A DNA stretch of 64,000 nucleotides. Origin: Octopus sinensis (lineage: Eukaryota). The stretch is taken from assembly GCF_006345805.1 (NCBI RefSeq), contig NC_043009.1:62558001-62622000 (forward strand), in the 5' to 3' direction. Below are positions 24,433-35,760 of this stretch, one piece after another. Each line of letters opens with the position of its first letter. Positions within the stretch are counted from its first letter, which is position 1. A program made the position numbers and the translations under genes. The notes beneath the pieces are model-generated. The model searched no databases, had not been told where the DNA came from, and worked only from the letters and a program-made list of their open reading frames with translations.

Positions 24433-25754
24433 GTGAGTATTGAACATTTCTCTATTACTGGAAGACTATAACAATGTAATTCCCCTTCACTAATGACATG
24501 TGTGTGTATGTTTATATATGTATGTATATGTGTATATCACTGAATCAATCAAACTATCGAACATTGCCATTCACCACTGGACACAATGTCCTTCCTCACG
24601 TTGTTGTAGTTTTCAAATGATGCCAACCTGCTGGTTAGGCTGACAGACCAACATTTACCCTGAATGGAACACCAGTTCATCACAGGGTTAACGATTGACA
24701 GCTGACCGGACTGGAGCAATGCCCAAGAAGACAACACACTGCCAGACTAGGAACTGAAACCATGATCTTGCAATCGTGAGTGCAACTCCCTAACCACATG
24801 GCCACATGCCTTCACATATACTTATAATACTGTAAAAGTTGTGACTGTATAGTTAGGAAGTTCACTTTACAAGCGCATGGTTCTGGGTTCAATTCCTGTG
24901 TACTGTACCTTGGCAAGTATTTCTACTGTGGCTTCAAATTGACCAATGTCTTGTCAGTGGAATTTGGTAGACAAAGCAGTGTGTGGGTGAATACATACAA
25001 GGTCTGATCAATAAGTATCCGGACTGTTGCCATAGTAACGAAGCTAAAGCACACAGAGTGAAGTCACTTGGCACAGATTGACCTTGAACTCTGCTGTGCA
25101 TGTACATCATCATCATCATCATCATTTAACGTCCGCTTTCCATGCTAGCATGGGTTGGACGATTTGACTGAGGTCTGGTGAACCAGATGGCTGCACCAGA
25201 CTCCAATCTGATCTGGCAGAGTTTCTACAGTGGGATGCCCTTCCCAACGCCAACCACTCTGAGAGTGTAGTGGATGCTTGGCAACGGCCACTCTCAAATG
25301 GTGCTTTTTATGTGCCACCTGCACAGGAGCCAGTCCAGCGGCACTAGCAACTAAGTTTTAATGTTCTAGCTCACCTCCCTTGTTTACAGCAGTTTTACTT
25401 TAGTTTCACGGATGCTGCCTTTTTACTGTCAATCTCATCATTGAAAATGCAGTGATGTCGTAATTGGCCCCTTGGCCTCTGTAATTCTCTCCCGTAGCAG
25501 GAACTAGATTTAATGTGTCATGGTTTAGAAACACAAGGCAGTGGTTGGTATTTTTTATCCAAACTGACAACCATGTGGTCAGTAGCCCAGCACTTTCACT
25601 TCACAGCTATTTTAGAGCCCTTCATTGTGGATGTCATTTGAAGTAATAAAAACACACCTTAAACATATAAATATTATTATGATTCCAACATACAAGCATC
25701 ATCACATATGTTATGAACAAGCAAAACGAAAATGTCTTTAACATTTGTACATTG

Positions 25755-26056
25755 TCACTTGTCTCTCACTGAACACCTTTTTGATCTCCATGTGTCTAAC
25801 ACACGTGGACATGCCTACAAAGTCAGAAAACAACACAGCTCCCATGACTTTCGGAAACATTTTTTCACGCTCAGAGTTGCTGAAGCATGGAATAAACTGC
25901 CTGCGTCAGTTGTTGACTGCCATGACACTGCATCCTTTAAGGCCCTCATGCTTTCCGAAATCCGCCGAAACTACACCTGATTATATATACACTTTAGATG
26001 AGTTGTAGTGCACCTGAGCACTGTACACAATTATTATTATTATTATTATTATTATA
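25755..26056 (+). mobile_element. CR1-clade LINE 3' end
   Basis: TRGHAYK...RKHFFTLRVAEAWNKLP and an (ATT)n tail; second copy at ~54810-55125. Confidence 0.8.
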
Positions 26057-26371
26057 TCAGCGTGACATTTCCCTCTCACATAAATATCATCAATGTCCTA
26101 TAAACGTGATCACATCTCTCTAAAATATAAATACATAAACATTATTACATATCTCATATGTGAGGCTAGGTCGGAATCTAGGACAAGTTAAAAAAAAAAC
26201 TAAACAATGGCGCAGGAGTGGCTGTGTGGTAAGTAGCTTGCTTACCAACCACATGGTTCCGGGTTCATTCTCACTGCGTGGCACCTTGGGCAAGTGCCTT
26301 CTACTATAGTCTTGGGCTGACCAAAGCCTTGTGAGTGGATTTGGTGGACGGAAACTGAAAGAAGCCTGTCG

Positions 26372-26402
<31 letters not shown>

Positions 26403-27222
26403 ATATGTTTGTGTGTGTGTTTGTCTCCCAACATCGCTTGACAACAAATGCTGGTGTGTTTACGTCCCCGTAACTTTGCAGTTCGGCAAAAGAGACCGAT
26501 AAATAAGTACTACGCTTCTAAAGAATAAGCCCTGGGGTCGATTTGCTCGACTAAAGGCAGTGCTCCAGCATGGCCACAGTCAAAAGACTGAAAAGAGTAA
26601 AAGAATGCACTGTGTGTGTATCATCATCATCATCGTTTAACGTCTGTTTTCCATGCTGGCATGGGTTGGACAGTTCAACTGGGAAGCCAGGAGGCTGCAC
26701 CAGGCCCCAATCTGATCTGACAGTATTTCTACAACTGGATACCCTTCCAAACGCCAACCGCTCCGAGAGTGTAGTGGGTGCTTTTTACATGACACCAGGA
26801 CTGGGGCCAGAGGAGCTGGCATCAACCATGATCAGATGGTGTTTTTATGTGCCACAGGAGTTAGCATCGACCATGATCAGATGGTATTTTTTACATTTCA
26901 GCGGCACTGGCATCATCCGCGTTTGGATGGTGTTTTTTATGTGCTACTGGCACAGAAGCCAGAGGAGCAGGCATCGACCACGTTCAGATGGTGCTTTTTA
27001 CATGCCACCGGTACAGAAGCCAGTCAAAGCGGGACTGGCATCATCCACGTTCGGATGGTGCTTTTTATGTGCTACCAGCACAGAGCTCACAACTACAATT
27101 TGCATTTGATTTGATATTTTGATATTGCTGATGTTGATGTATGTTAAGAGAAATCTATAAATTTACCCTTTTTTGTTTTACAATGTTGTTCTTGCTGTTG
27201 ATGATGGTGATAATGTATCCAG

Positions 27223-27321
27223 GAAGGTAAAACTGCACTCTACTGGGGCATCGATAAGGGCTACAATGATATTGTCAAACAACTTCTGGCTATGGACCCT
27301 GACCTGGAGATCTGTAACAAG
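27223..27321 (+). CDS. KIDINS220: KIDINS220 exon 10 (ankyrin repeat)
   Basis: cag|EGKTALYWGIDKGYNDIVKQLLAMDPDLEICNK|gttagt; 99 nt. Confidence 0.93.
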
Positions 27322-28487
27322 GTTAGTTGGCCATATTTCTTTGTTTATCTCAGTAGTGGTGGTCATGTGGCTAATTACTGGTATTCATGTGTGTGTGAGG
27401 TGGACTGGCAAGTATGTGTGAGACTGTCACATACAGAATGGTGTGTGTGTGTGTGTGTGAAGTTGTCACATGTGAAATGTTAGGAATGTGTGTGGGTGAA
27501 CATTTTTTCGGTGGGTTTAAGTGGGTTTGTGTTATGCCAGTATGGTTTGTAGTTCTGTTGGTGTGTGGTGTTTGCAGTTGTGTTGGTGTGTGGCGTATAG
27601 TTGTATATTGTTGTTATTTAGCTCCAAGTCAAACCTATAACCAAAGGCAACTCAACCATGACCTCCCCATCTGTAACTGGTATGATGTAGTGATGCAGTA
27701 TGTGGATTACAAGAAGACCTCCCTCAACCAATGCAGGACAAAGGACAATGGCATGTTGATATATGGATGAAGACAGTGAAATGCTGGAGAGAGAGAGAGA
27801 GAGAGACCAAGGTAGATGTAGGAAGAAATGTGAATACTGGATTTCACAATGTTTAGACGAGTTGACAGAAGATGAAAAGAAGTGAGAACATCTTGTTTTC
27901 CAGACTCTGCCAACCCATACTAACATCAGAAATTGCCCCTTAGAATGGAGAGAATGATAATTTGATGTTTGAATGTTATTTGTATTGTGATAACATCAAT
28001 TAAGTGTACATATTGAAGGAGGTAAGCTATAAAACACATACCTGGGAAGCACCCCTCTTCTGTTGCTGCAGAGAAGATCGCTGTTTGTTGTGTATGATTT
28101 TTTTCCTTATTTGAAGTGTTTGTGTGTGGCATATAATGTTTTGTTAATGTGTACCGAGTATATAAAATGTTTTGTTGTAGTATGGAAGGAAGAGAAGATC
28201 ATAGAAATGACCATATTTGATGGCATATAAGATGCACTTTTTCCCAAAAAAAGGTGTTTCAAAAAATCACCCTTGGCTCTATGTATAAGGTTGGGCTTGC
28301 CATAAGCTTTAATGAGCTAAAAACGTTTTCCTTAAATAAGAGCTGCTGGAATTGGGGAGCATCAAATATGCCTGTACATCTTTAATGCCATCAAATGCAA
28401 TGTACATACATACATACATACACACACATACACATAAACACACATACACACACGCACACATACATACATGACCTCGTGTGTACCGTT

Positions 28488-28671
28488 GGCGATTTTTTTC
28501 CTCTGTCTTCCCTTCTCTGGATCTTTCCTTCTCCTATGTTTCCGACGAAGAGCTCCGCTCGAAACGTTAAACCCTCCTTCTTTCCTTCTTTCCTGAGCGT
28601 CCAATAATACTATATTTGTTCCGCGTCCTCGCGTTGTTGTGTTTTTTTGTGCTTTCTTGTTTGGATTAACT
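28488..28671 (+). repeat. 184-bp hammerhead-bearing interspersed unit
   Basis: Same ends (GGCGATTTTTT...GGATTAACT) as the copy at 40521-40704; both lie next to microsatellites. Confidence 0.8.
28538..28572 (+). ncRNA. Minimal type-I hammerhead-like ribozyme motif (best-preserved fold)
   Basis: Stem I GTTT/AAAC, core CCGACGA+A, stem II GAGC-tcc-GCTC, GAAA, palindromic stem III ACGT, GUU triplet. Confidence 0.65.
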
Positions 28672-28756
28672 TTATATATATATATATGCACACACACACA
28701 CACGCACACATATACATACATATATATAATCAAATTATTATTTGCTTTACATGAAG

Positions 28757-28855
28757 GATGGTGACACTCCGTTACTGAAAGCTGTCCGACATCGAAATGA
28801 AGGATGTGTGTATATGTTGCTGGAAAAAGGAGCCAAAGTATCAGCTGTCGACAAG
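28757..28855 (+). CDS. KIDINS220: KIDINS220 exon 11 (ankyrin repeat)
   Basis: aag|DGDTPLLKAVRHRNEGCVYMLLEKGAKVSAVDK|gttagt; 99 nt. Confidence 0.93.
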
Positions 28856-29130
28856 GTTAGTGTGAATCGTCCATTTCAGTGAAGGCTTGAGCAGTTCAAT
28901 CTCTTTTCTCTTCAGCATATATTATTAATTTAATTGACCTTTTTTGGCCTGAAAATCTCAACCTGTATACACCAGTGTATCTATTCCTGTTCCTATAAAT
29001 TTGTATATATCTAATTATTTAATTTGTTACTTTATATTCTCTATAATTTATGACATAAAACTCTAAAATTTTTCTTCTGCCAAAACTATATTCTATCTGA
29101 CTCAACTGTGTTCTATTGTCTTGCTAACAG

Positions 29131-29308
29131 AAAGGGGACACCGCCCTTCATATTGCTCTGCGGGCACGGAGCAAAAGAATTACCGAGATGCTATTACGGA
29201 ACCCCAAAAACAGCCAGCTGTTATACAAGGGCAACAAAGTAGGGGAGACACCTTATAGTATTGATGCCTATTACCATAAAGGAATACTAACACAGATCTT
29301 TGGCCACA
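29131..29308 (+). CDS. KIDINS220: KIDINS220 exon 12 (last ankyrin + linker)
   Basis: cag|[59 protein letters not shown]+a|gtaagt; 178 nt. Confidence 0.95.
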
Positions 29309-29549
29309 GTAAGTAAGATCTCTTGCAGTTGTCTCATATACCTTGTTATTCACACCTGCACATAAACACACCTGCACAAACACACCTGCACAAACACACT
29401 CATCTCCATCACCATTTAATATCCGTTTTTCATGCTGGAATGTGTTGGACAGTTTTACAGGAACTGGAGAGCTGCACCAGGCTCCTATTGTCTGTTGTTT
29501 TGGTATCATTTCTACAGCTGGATGTTCTTCCTGATGCAGAGTGCATTGG

Positions 29550-29909
29550 GTGCTTTTTACATGGTCCCAAAATTAATGCTTTATATGTGGCACCAATGCA
29601 AGTGCTTTATATGTGGTGCCTGGATGGGTAATTTTTATGTGGCACAAGCATGGGTGCTTTATATGTGGCACCAGCACAAGTGCTTTGTATGTGGCACCTG
29701 GATGGGTACTTTTTATGTGGCACAAGCATGGGTGCTTTATGTGGCACCTGGATGGGTACTTTTTATGTGGCACAAGCATGGGTGCTTTATGTGGCACCTG
29801 GATGGGTACTTTTTATGTGGCACCAGCCTGGATGCTTTATATGTGGCACCAGCACAAGTGCTTTATACGTGGTGCCTGCATGGGTACTTTTTACGTGACA
29901 CCAGCACGT
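29550..29909. repeat. 24-26-bp minisatellite, ~14 units
   Basis: GTGCTTTATATGTGGCACC-type units inside a family-C element. Confidence 0.88.
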
Positions 29910-30548
29910 AAAACAGTATCACAAGATTCATAGTAACTTTGTTTACATTCATTTTGAAGTGAGGATTTCTCTGAAATAAGGGAGAAAAGTTCAACCCTTC
30001 TTCTATCATTCATTTGTCTTTTATAACGGAATCATTACATCACTGGACTTTGGACTTTTCAACAGGATTTTAAAAGTTAATTCTACCTCACAATTATTTA
30101 AACAATTGTTCTCTCCACATACCTGTGCATCACTACTGCTCACCTCTACATAAATGCTATCCCACCTGTCCCACATTCATCATCATCATCATCATCATTT
30201 AACATCCGTTTTCCATGCTAGCACAGTTTGCACGGTTCGAGCAGGTTCTTAGAAGCCAGGATGCTGCACCAGGCTCCAGTCTGATCTTGCAGTGTTTCTA
30301 CAGCTGGATGCCCTTCTTAACGCCAACCTCTCCATGAGTGTAGTGGATGCTTTTTACGTGCCACCGGCACAAAAAAAATATTTCTATTCAATTTCTATTC
30401 TGCCCTTGTATACACTGATGCCTCCTACACCTGTACATCACTGCTATCACCACCCTCATGCACCCACATATACACCACTTCTTACCCACACCTATGTACC
30501 ATTTCCCATTACTTATACCCCACCACTTCTCCATCTATCTCCTACTTA

Positions 30549-30766
30549 TGAGGGGGTACTGAAAAGTTCCTGACTTTGAGGGTGTCATGAAAAGCCTGGT
30601 TGAAGGCCCACCCTTTCCAAGTCCTTTTACAGGGTTTATAAGAGCTGAAGGACCACTGCAATAAGTGTGTGAATTTGGGAGGGGAATATGTTGGATAAAA
30701 TCACAATTAACTGAACCTCCTGTATTTTCTTTTACCCAAAGCCAAAAACTTTTCAGCACCTTCTTG
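30549..30766. mobile_element. mariner-type MITE
   Basis: TA|TGAGGGGGTACTGAAAAGTT...AACTTTTCAGCACCTTCTTG|TA; opposite-orientation sister at 40758. Confidence 0.75.
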
Positions 30767-30825
30767 TATATACCAATCCTCCATATCTATTAATTATATT
30801 CTTTAAAATATTTTGCTATTTCCAG

Positions 30826-30987
30826 GAAACCTGAATGCTAACGATGCTGAAAACCTTCTTGGTTATGAAATCTACAGTAGTGCCTTGGCAGACGTATTGA
30901 GTGAACCGTCATTAAGTATGCCGATAACAGTTGGACTCTATGCAAAGTGGGGCAGTGGGAAATCTTTTTTAATCAACAAATTACAAA
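30826..30987 (+). CDS. KIDINS220: KIDINS220 exon 13 (KAP NTPase start, Walker A)
   Basis: cag|[54 protein letters not shown]|gtaagt; 162 nt. Confidence 0.96.
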
Positions 30988-32197
30988 GTAAGTTTGAATT
31001 GTTCAGAGGGGACCTGAATTGACTTTGGTGATCCTAATACCTTGATCATGGTTCCTAACCATTTTTTTAACCTCTGGGTCCCTTTGTTTCCTATTTTGTT
31101 CAGGTGGACCCTCATGGACATTCAATGTTTAATAAAAATCCCGTTATATTTTTATGATTAAATATTATTAGGAATTGTCTAAACAAAAACTCGTTAAGAC
31201 ATTTTGTGCATTGCAGAAGTAATTATCAATTTATTGCGCATACATTTTAACAACAAAATCCTATGTGGACCCCCCCCCCCAAGAGTCTTATGGGCCCCAA
31301 TTGAGGACCACTGCTGTGCTGAGTAGCTGAACTGTTTTAAAATATTAATCATAGTATGGAGGTTAATTGACGTAACTTGATATCTCCCTCATAATGTAGA
31401 AAATAGCTGATCGTGTTTTAAAACCTATGTCTTGATATAAAGGCTGGCTAATACCAGGCGGGCCAAAAGTCACACACACCTAAACATTTGACATTTTATT
31501 TATATTACGCTGTTGTTGTTGCTGCTGCTACTACTGCTGCAGTTGTTGTTGATGCTGATGCTGTTGTTATTGTTGTTGTTGTTATTATTATTATTAAGAA
31601 TGGCAGAATCGTTAGCACACTGGACGAAATGCTTAGCAGTATTTCACCAGTCGCTATGTTCTGAGTTCGGATTCCGCCAAGTTTCACTTTGCCTTTCATC
31701 CTTTCGGGGTCGATTAAATAAGTAACATCTACACACTGGGGTCGATGTAATCAACTTAATCCCTTCCCCCAAATTCGAGGCCTTGTGCTTCCAGTAGAAA
31801 GGGTTATTATATTATTATTTAAGAAGGCGGAAAGCTGGCAGAATTGTTAGCACACTGGACGAAACGCTTAGCAGTATTTCACCAGTCGCTACATTCTGAG
31901 TTCAAATTCTGCCAAGTTTAACTTTGCCTTTCATCCTTTCAGAGTCGATAAATTAAGTACCAGTGAAACACTGGGACCAATTTAATCGACTAGTCCCCTC
32001 CCACAAAATTTCAGACCTTGTACCTTTAAGAGAAAGGATTTTTTGTTGTTGTTGTTGTTCAGTGAGAGAGCAATGCATGCCGTCAAAGTGACACTGGGGT
32101 AAAATGTTGTTATTGTTGTTATTGTTATTATAACGAAGTTTACTGCAATAAAATGCTGTGTTAAAATCTTCATCACTGTTTTCCCATTATTTTACAG

Positions 32198-32377
32198 AGG
32201 AGATGAAATCTTTTACACAACAGAATCAGAAAATCAACTTCCATTTCACAAAAACTTTGATATTCTTCCTCTTCTTCTTAAACTTTATCATCGGGTTTGG
32301 CCTCAGTTTAGCTTTCAACTGGATTGTTGGGATCAGTGTTGGATTTGGATTGTTATTCTTACAGGCTATCGTTTTTG
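32198..32377 (+). CDS. KIDINS220: KIDINS220 exon 14 (TM1-TM2)
   Basis: cag|KEMKSFTQQNQKINFHFTKTLIFFLFFLNFIIGFGLSLAFNWIVGISVGFGLLFLQAIVF|gtacgt; 180 nt; two hydrophobic stretches. Confidence 0.92.
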
Positions 32378-33457
32378 GTACGTATTTTACAGTACTCTCT
32401 TTGCAGTACAAAATATATATACTATTTATCTTTTTGATAGTTATATATATTTAATAAATAAATTTTTTTAATAAATAAATAAATAAATTTTTTAAAAATC
32501 AAAATTTAAAAAATTTAAAAATTAAATAAATAAATTAAAAAATAAATATATATATATATATAAAATTTTATAAATATAAATTAATAATTTTAAATATTTA
32601 AATTTAAATTTAAATAATTTAAATTTTGAATTTTATATTTTATATATTTTGTATATTATATTAATTATTTTATTTCTATGTTTTAGTTTATGTTTTTCAC
32701 TGTTTGATTTGCCTAATAGTGGTTTTATCTCTAATTTAATTTATATTTATACATATATATATAATATATATATATATATATTATATATATATAAATGGGA
32801 AAAGCTGGTTTTTTGGATTATCTTAGGTTTCCTGTCCATAAAGGGTGTGGCTTTATGGTGTATCGCCAGATCCCAAAAATTTATAGGAGGTCTTAGGCCA
32901 ACAGGTTTTTGGGATCTGACAATACACCATAAAGCTAAACCCTTTATGGATGGGAAACCTAAGGTAATCCCATAAACCTGCCTCCCCCATCTTTAATATA
33001 TACTGCTCTACATCTTAGAATGTGCTTCTTCTTTCGGATATGTGTGTATATGTATGTATGTATGTATATATATATACACACACACACACATACATACGCA
33101 CATACAAACAAAAATTTGTGTGTGTGTGAGTGTCTTTGTTCTCCACTGCTGCTTGACAACTGGTGTTAGTGTGTTTACATCCCCATAACTTAGCAGCTCG
33201 GCAAAAGAGGCCGATAAAATAAGTACTGGCATCAATTCATTCAAGTTCTTCAAGACTGTGCCCCAGCATGGCCACAGTCTAATGACAGAAACAAGTGAAA
33301 GATAAAAGATAAAGATGAACGTATGCAGACTCATACATTCAGAAAAATATGTTGATAATAATAATAATAATTTGGTGATGATGATGTTGATGATGATGAT
33401 GATGATGAAATATATATATATATATATATATGATGGTGATATATATATATATACATG

Positions 33458-34135
33458 GGCCTGGGTATCTTGGTGGATTCCTCCTTTTCGCCTTCGGCCC
33501 AGTGCGTCCATGCTGCCAACAAAGCACGCGGAATTCTGTTCTTGATTCGACGTTCATTCGGAATGCTCACAGCAGCCATATTCCTACCACTCTATGTCAC
33601 GCTGGTGAGACCCATATTGGAGTACGGGATTCAAGCCTCTTCTCCTTATCTCCTCAAAGACATACAGTACCTCGAAAGAGTCCAGAAGCTGGCTACCCGC
33701 ATGGTTCTTGGTCTCAAGCATTTGTCTTATGAAGAAAGGCTAAGGACGCTCGACCTTTATTCTCTAGAAAAACGCTGCCGCCGTGGTAATCTCATTCTTG
33801 CTCACAACATCATATGCGGAAAGTGTAACCTCTCGAAAGAGCTGTTCTTCACTCCTGCTCCAGAGCGTCGGCTGCGGGGTCGTTCCGAAAAGCTCTACCT
33901 GCGACAATTTCATCACAATCAAAGGATTGGAGCTTTCTCCGTCCGGGTTGTGGATCCATGGAACAAGCTGCCAGACGAGATGGTGAAGATGCCGACGACC
34001 ACTTTGTTCAAAGTCTCCCTTGACCTCAAGTGGCCTGAACTCTTTACATGAACACCACCCTGTACTTAACTCCATGTCCCCCTACATGGCCTTGCTATTT
34101 GCTTTTGAGCCAAAAATTAACTAACTAACTAACTA
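33458..34135 (+). mobile_element. 5'-truncated CR1-clade LINE
   Basis: ORF2 C-terminus LGILVD...LYVTLVRPILEY...LERVQKLATR...SYEERL..LDLYSLEKR...RG...FSVRVVDPWNKLP; (CTAA)n tail; possible ACATG TSD at 33453 and 34136. Confidence 0.9.
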
Positions 34136-34161
34136 ACATGTGTCTATGTTTATATTTTCAG

Positions 34162-34315
34162 CTGTAATCAAATATTTTACTCACCGTTACTCCAACCAGT
34201 TCACTTTACGCATATCATACAGTTTCCAACGACAGATGAAAAGTTTGAAAATGTTGCTGTACTTGTTGTTTTGGAACCCTCGCAAGCTGAGCTCCAATGA
34301 AGTACCTCACGTCAG
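34162..34315 (+). CDS. KIDINS220: KIDINS220 exon 15
   Basis: cag|AVIKYFTHRYSNQFTLRISYSFQRQMKSLKMLLYLLFWNPRKLSSNEVPHV|gtaagg; 154 nt; phase 1 to 2 fits both neighbours. Confidence 0.88.
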
Positions 34316-34689
34316 GTAAGGCTCAATGCTTGCTTAAGGGCAAATTTAAATTCTTTACCTGTCAACTAATTTTCACTCACAAGACATTATTAGTCAATGC
34401 TTACAGTAGAAAGCACTGCCTCAAACTGCTGCACACCTGTATGTAGTGTCTTCTATTATACCTATTTCTTTACCACCCACAAGGGGCTAAACACACAGGG
34501 GACAAACAAGGACAGACAAACGGATTAAGTTGATTACATCGACCCCAGTGCGTAACTGGTACTTATTTAATTGACCCCAAAAGGATGAAAGGCAAAGTCG
34601 ACCTCACAGGATGACTAAATTGTGTCCTCTTTTATACCCTATCTTCTACCCCACCTCCATTCTATCCTATCAATATAAAGTTTTGTGAA

Positions 34690-35000
34690 GGTGCATGTCT
34701 TAGTGGTGTGGGTGTTCGGCTCACAGTCGTAAGGTCATGAATTCAATTCCATGCGGAGCATAATGTCCTTGAGCAAGACACTTTATTCTACATTGCTCCA
34801 GTTCACTCAGTTGGCAAAAACGAGTTGTACCTATGAATGAAAAGGGGCCAGCCATGTCACATTCTGTGTCATACTGAATCTCCCTGAGAACTACATTAAG
34901 AGTATACATGTCTGTGGAATACTCAGCCACTTGCATGTTAATTTCACCAGCAGGCTGTTCCATTGATCAGATCAACTGGAACACTCATCATTGTAACCAA
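34690..35000 (+). mobile_element. tRNA-derived SINE family E (representative copy)
   Basis: GAAGGTGCATG.CTTAGTGG...CCTTGAGCAAGACACTTTATT...GCTCCAGT.CACTCAG. Other copies at ~1820, 3725, 42560(-), 44405, 62030(-). Confidence 0.75.
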
Positions 35001-35107
35001 CTGAGCACTAGTATAGTAGTAGTAGTACAAAGTCTTGTGAGTCAACTTTGACCCAATCTTCACCATCATTTATATAGTTTTATATTGACGACGTTTTTCA
35101 TTTTCAG

Positions 35108-35256
35108 ATTTCTCTTCTCTGACTGTACTCGTTTGACAAGTGTTGGAGGTGAGAAGTCCCTAGCTGCCATGATTGGGACTCTTTGTGACGAGGCAGAGCG
35201 ATCTTATGGTGTCGTAGTAGCTCGACTATTCCGTATAGTCAAGACACAGTCTTACA
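35108..35256 (+). CDS. KIDINS220: KIDINS220 exon 16
   Basis: cag|RFLFSDCTRLTSVGGEKSLAAMIGTLCDEAERSYGVVVARLFRIVKTQSY|gtaagt; 149 nt. Confidence 0.95.
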
Positions 35257-35266
35257 GTAAGTATAA

Positions 35267-35760
35267 TCATCATCATCATCATCGTCGTTTAACGTCCGTT
35301 CTCCATGCTAGCATGGGTTGGACGGTTCGACCGGGGTTCTGGGAAGCCAGAAGGCTGCACCAGGCTCCAGTCTAATTTGGCAATGTTTCTACAGCTGGAT
35401 GCCCTTCCTAACGCCAACCACTCCGTGAGTGTAGTGGGTGCTTTTTACGTGCCACCTGCACAGGTGCCAGGCGGGGCTGGCAACGGCCACGGTCAGATTG
35501 GTGTATTTTATGTGCCACCGGCACGGAAGCCAGTCGAGGCGGTGCTGGCATCGGCCACGAGTTGGATAGTGCTTTTTACGTACCACCAGACCAGGGATCC
35601 TGGCTGGTTCAATTCGATTTCGATTTCGCTTCAACCCATTTATTCTCCCTCCCCTCAACTGATGTATCCACATCTCCACCCACCCTTACTCTCACCATAT
35701 TTTGTCTCCTTCAAACATCATCTACACCACAGTACATTTGACTTAATACTCAAATCGTAG
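35267..35760 (-). mobile_element. Family C non-LTR element 3' end with (GAT)n tail (representative copy)
   Basis: GGCGTTAGGAAGGGCATCCAGCTGTAGAAA...CCAACCCATGCTAGCATGG...GTTAAACGATGATGAT, plus variable GGTGCTTTTTACGTGCCACC arrays. About 18 copies, e.g. 4707, 12700, 25105, 26620, 29400, 35935, 36365, 39225, 46851, 51625, 53780, 57960. LINE partner not identified. Confidence 0.8.

Noticed and set aside
26565-26605. SINE-A tail CAGTC-aaat-GACT-GAAAC as a hammerhead
   Set aside because: It has a hairpin plus GAAAC but no upstream CUGANGA core and no stem I.
26770-27080. CRISPR-like repeat-spacer appearance (also at 29550-29909 and 63340-63855)
   Set aside because: Spacers are homologous to each other and variable in length, there are no cas genes, and the context is a eukaryotic intron. 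These are tandem repeats.
31047-31313. Possible hAT MITE (CATGGTTCCTAA...TTGAGGACCACTG)
   Set aside because: Termini are poorly matched and no 8-bp TSD is visible.
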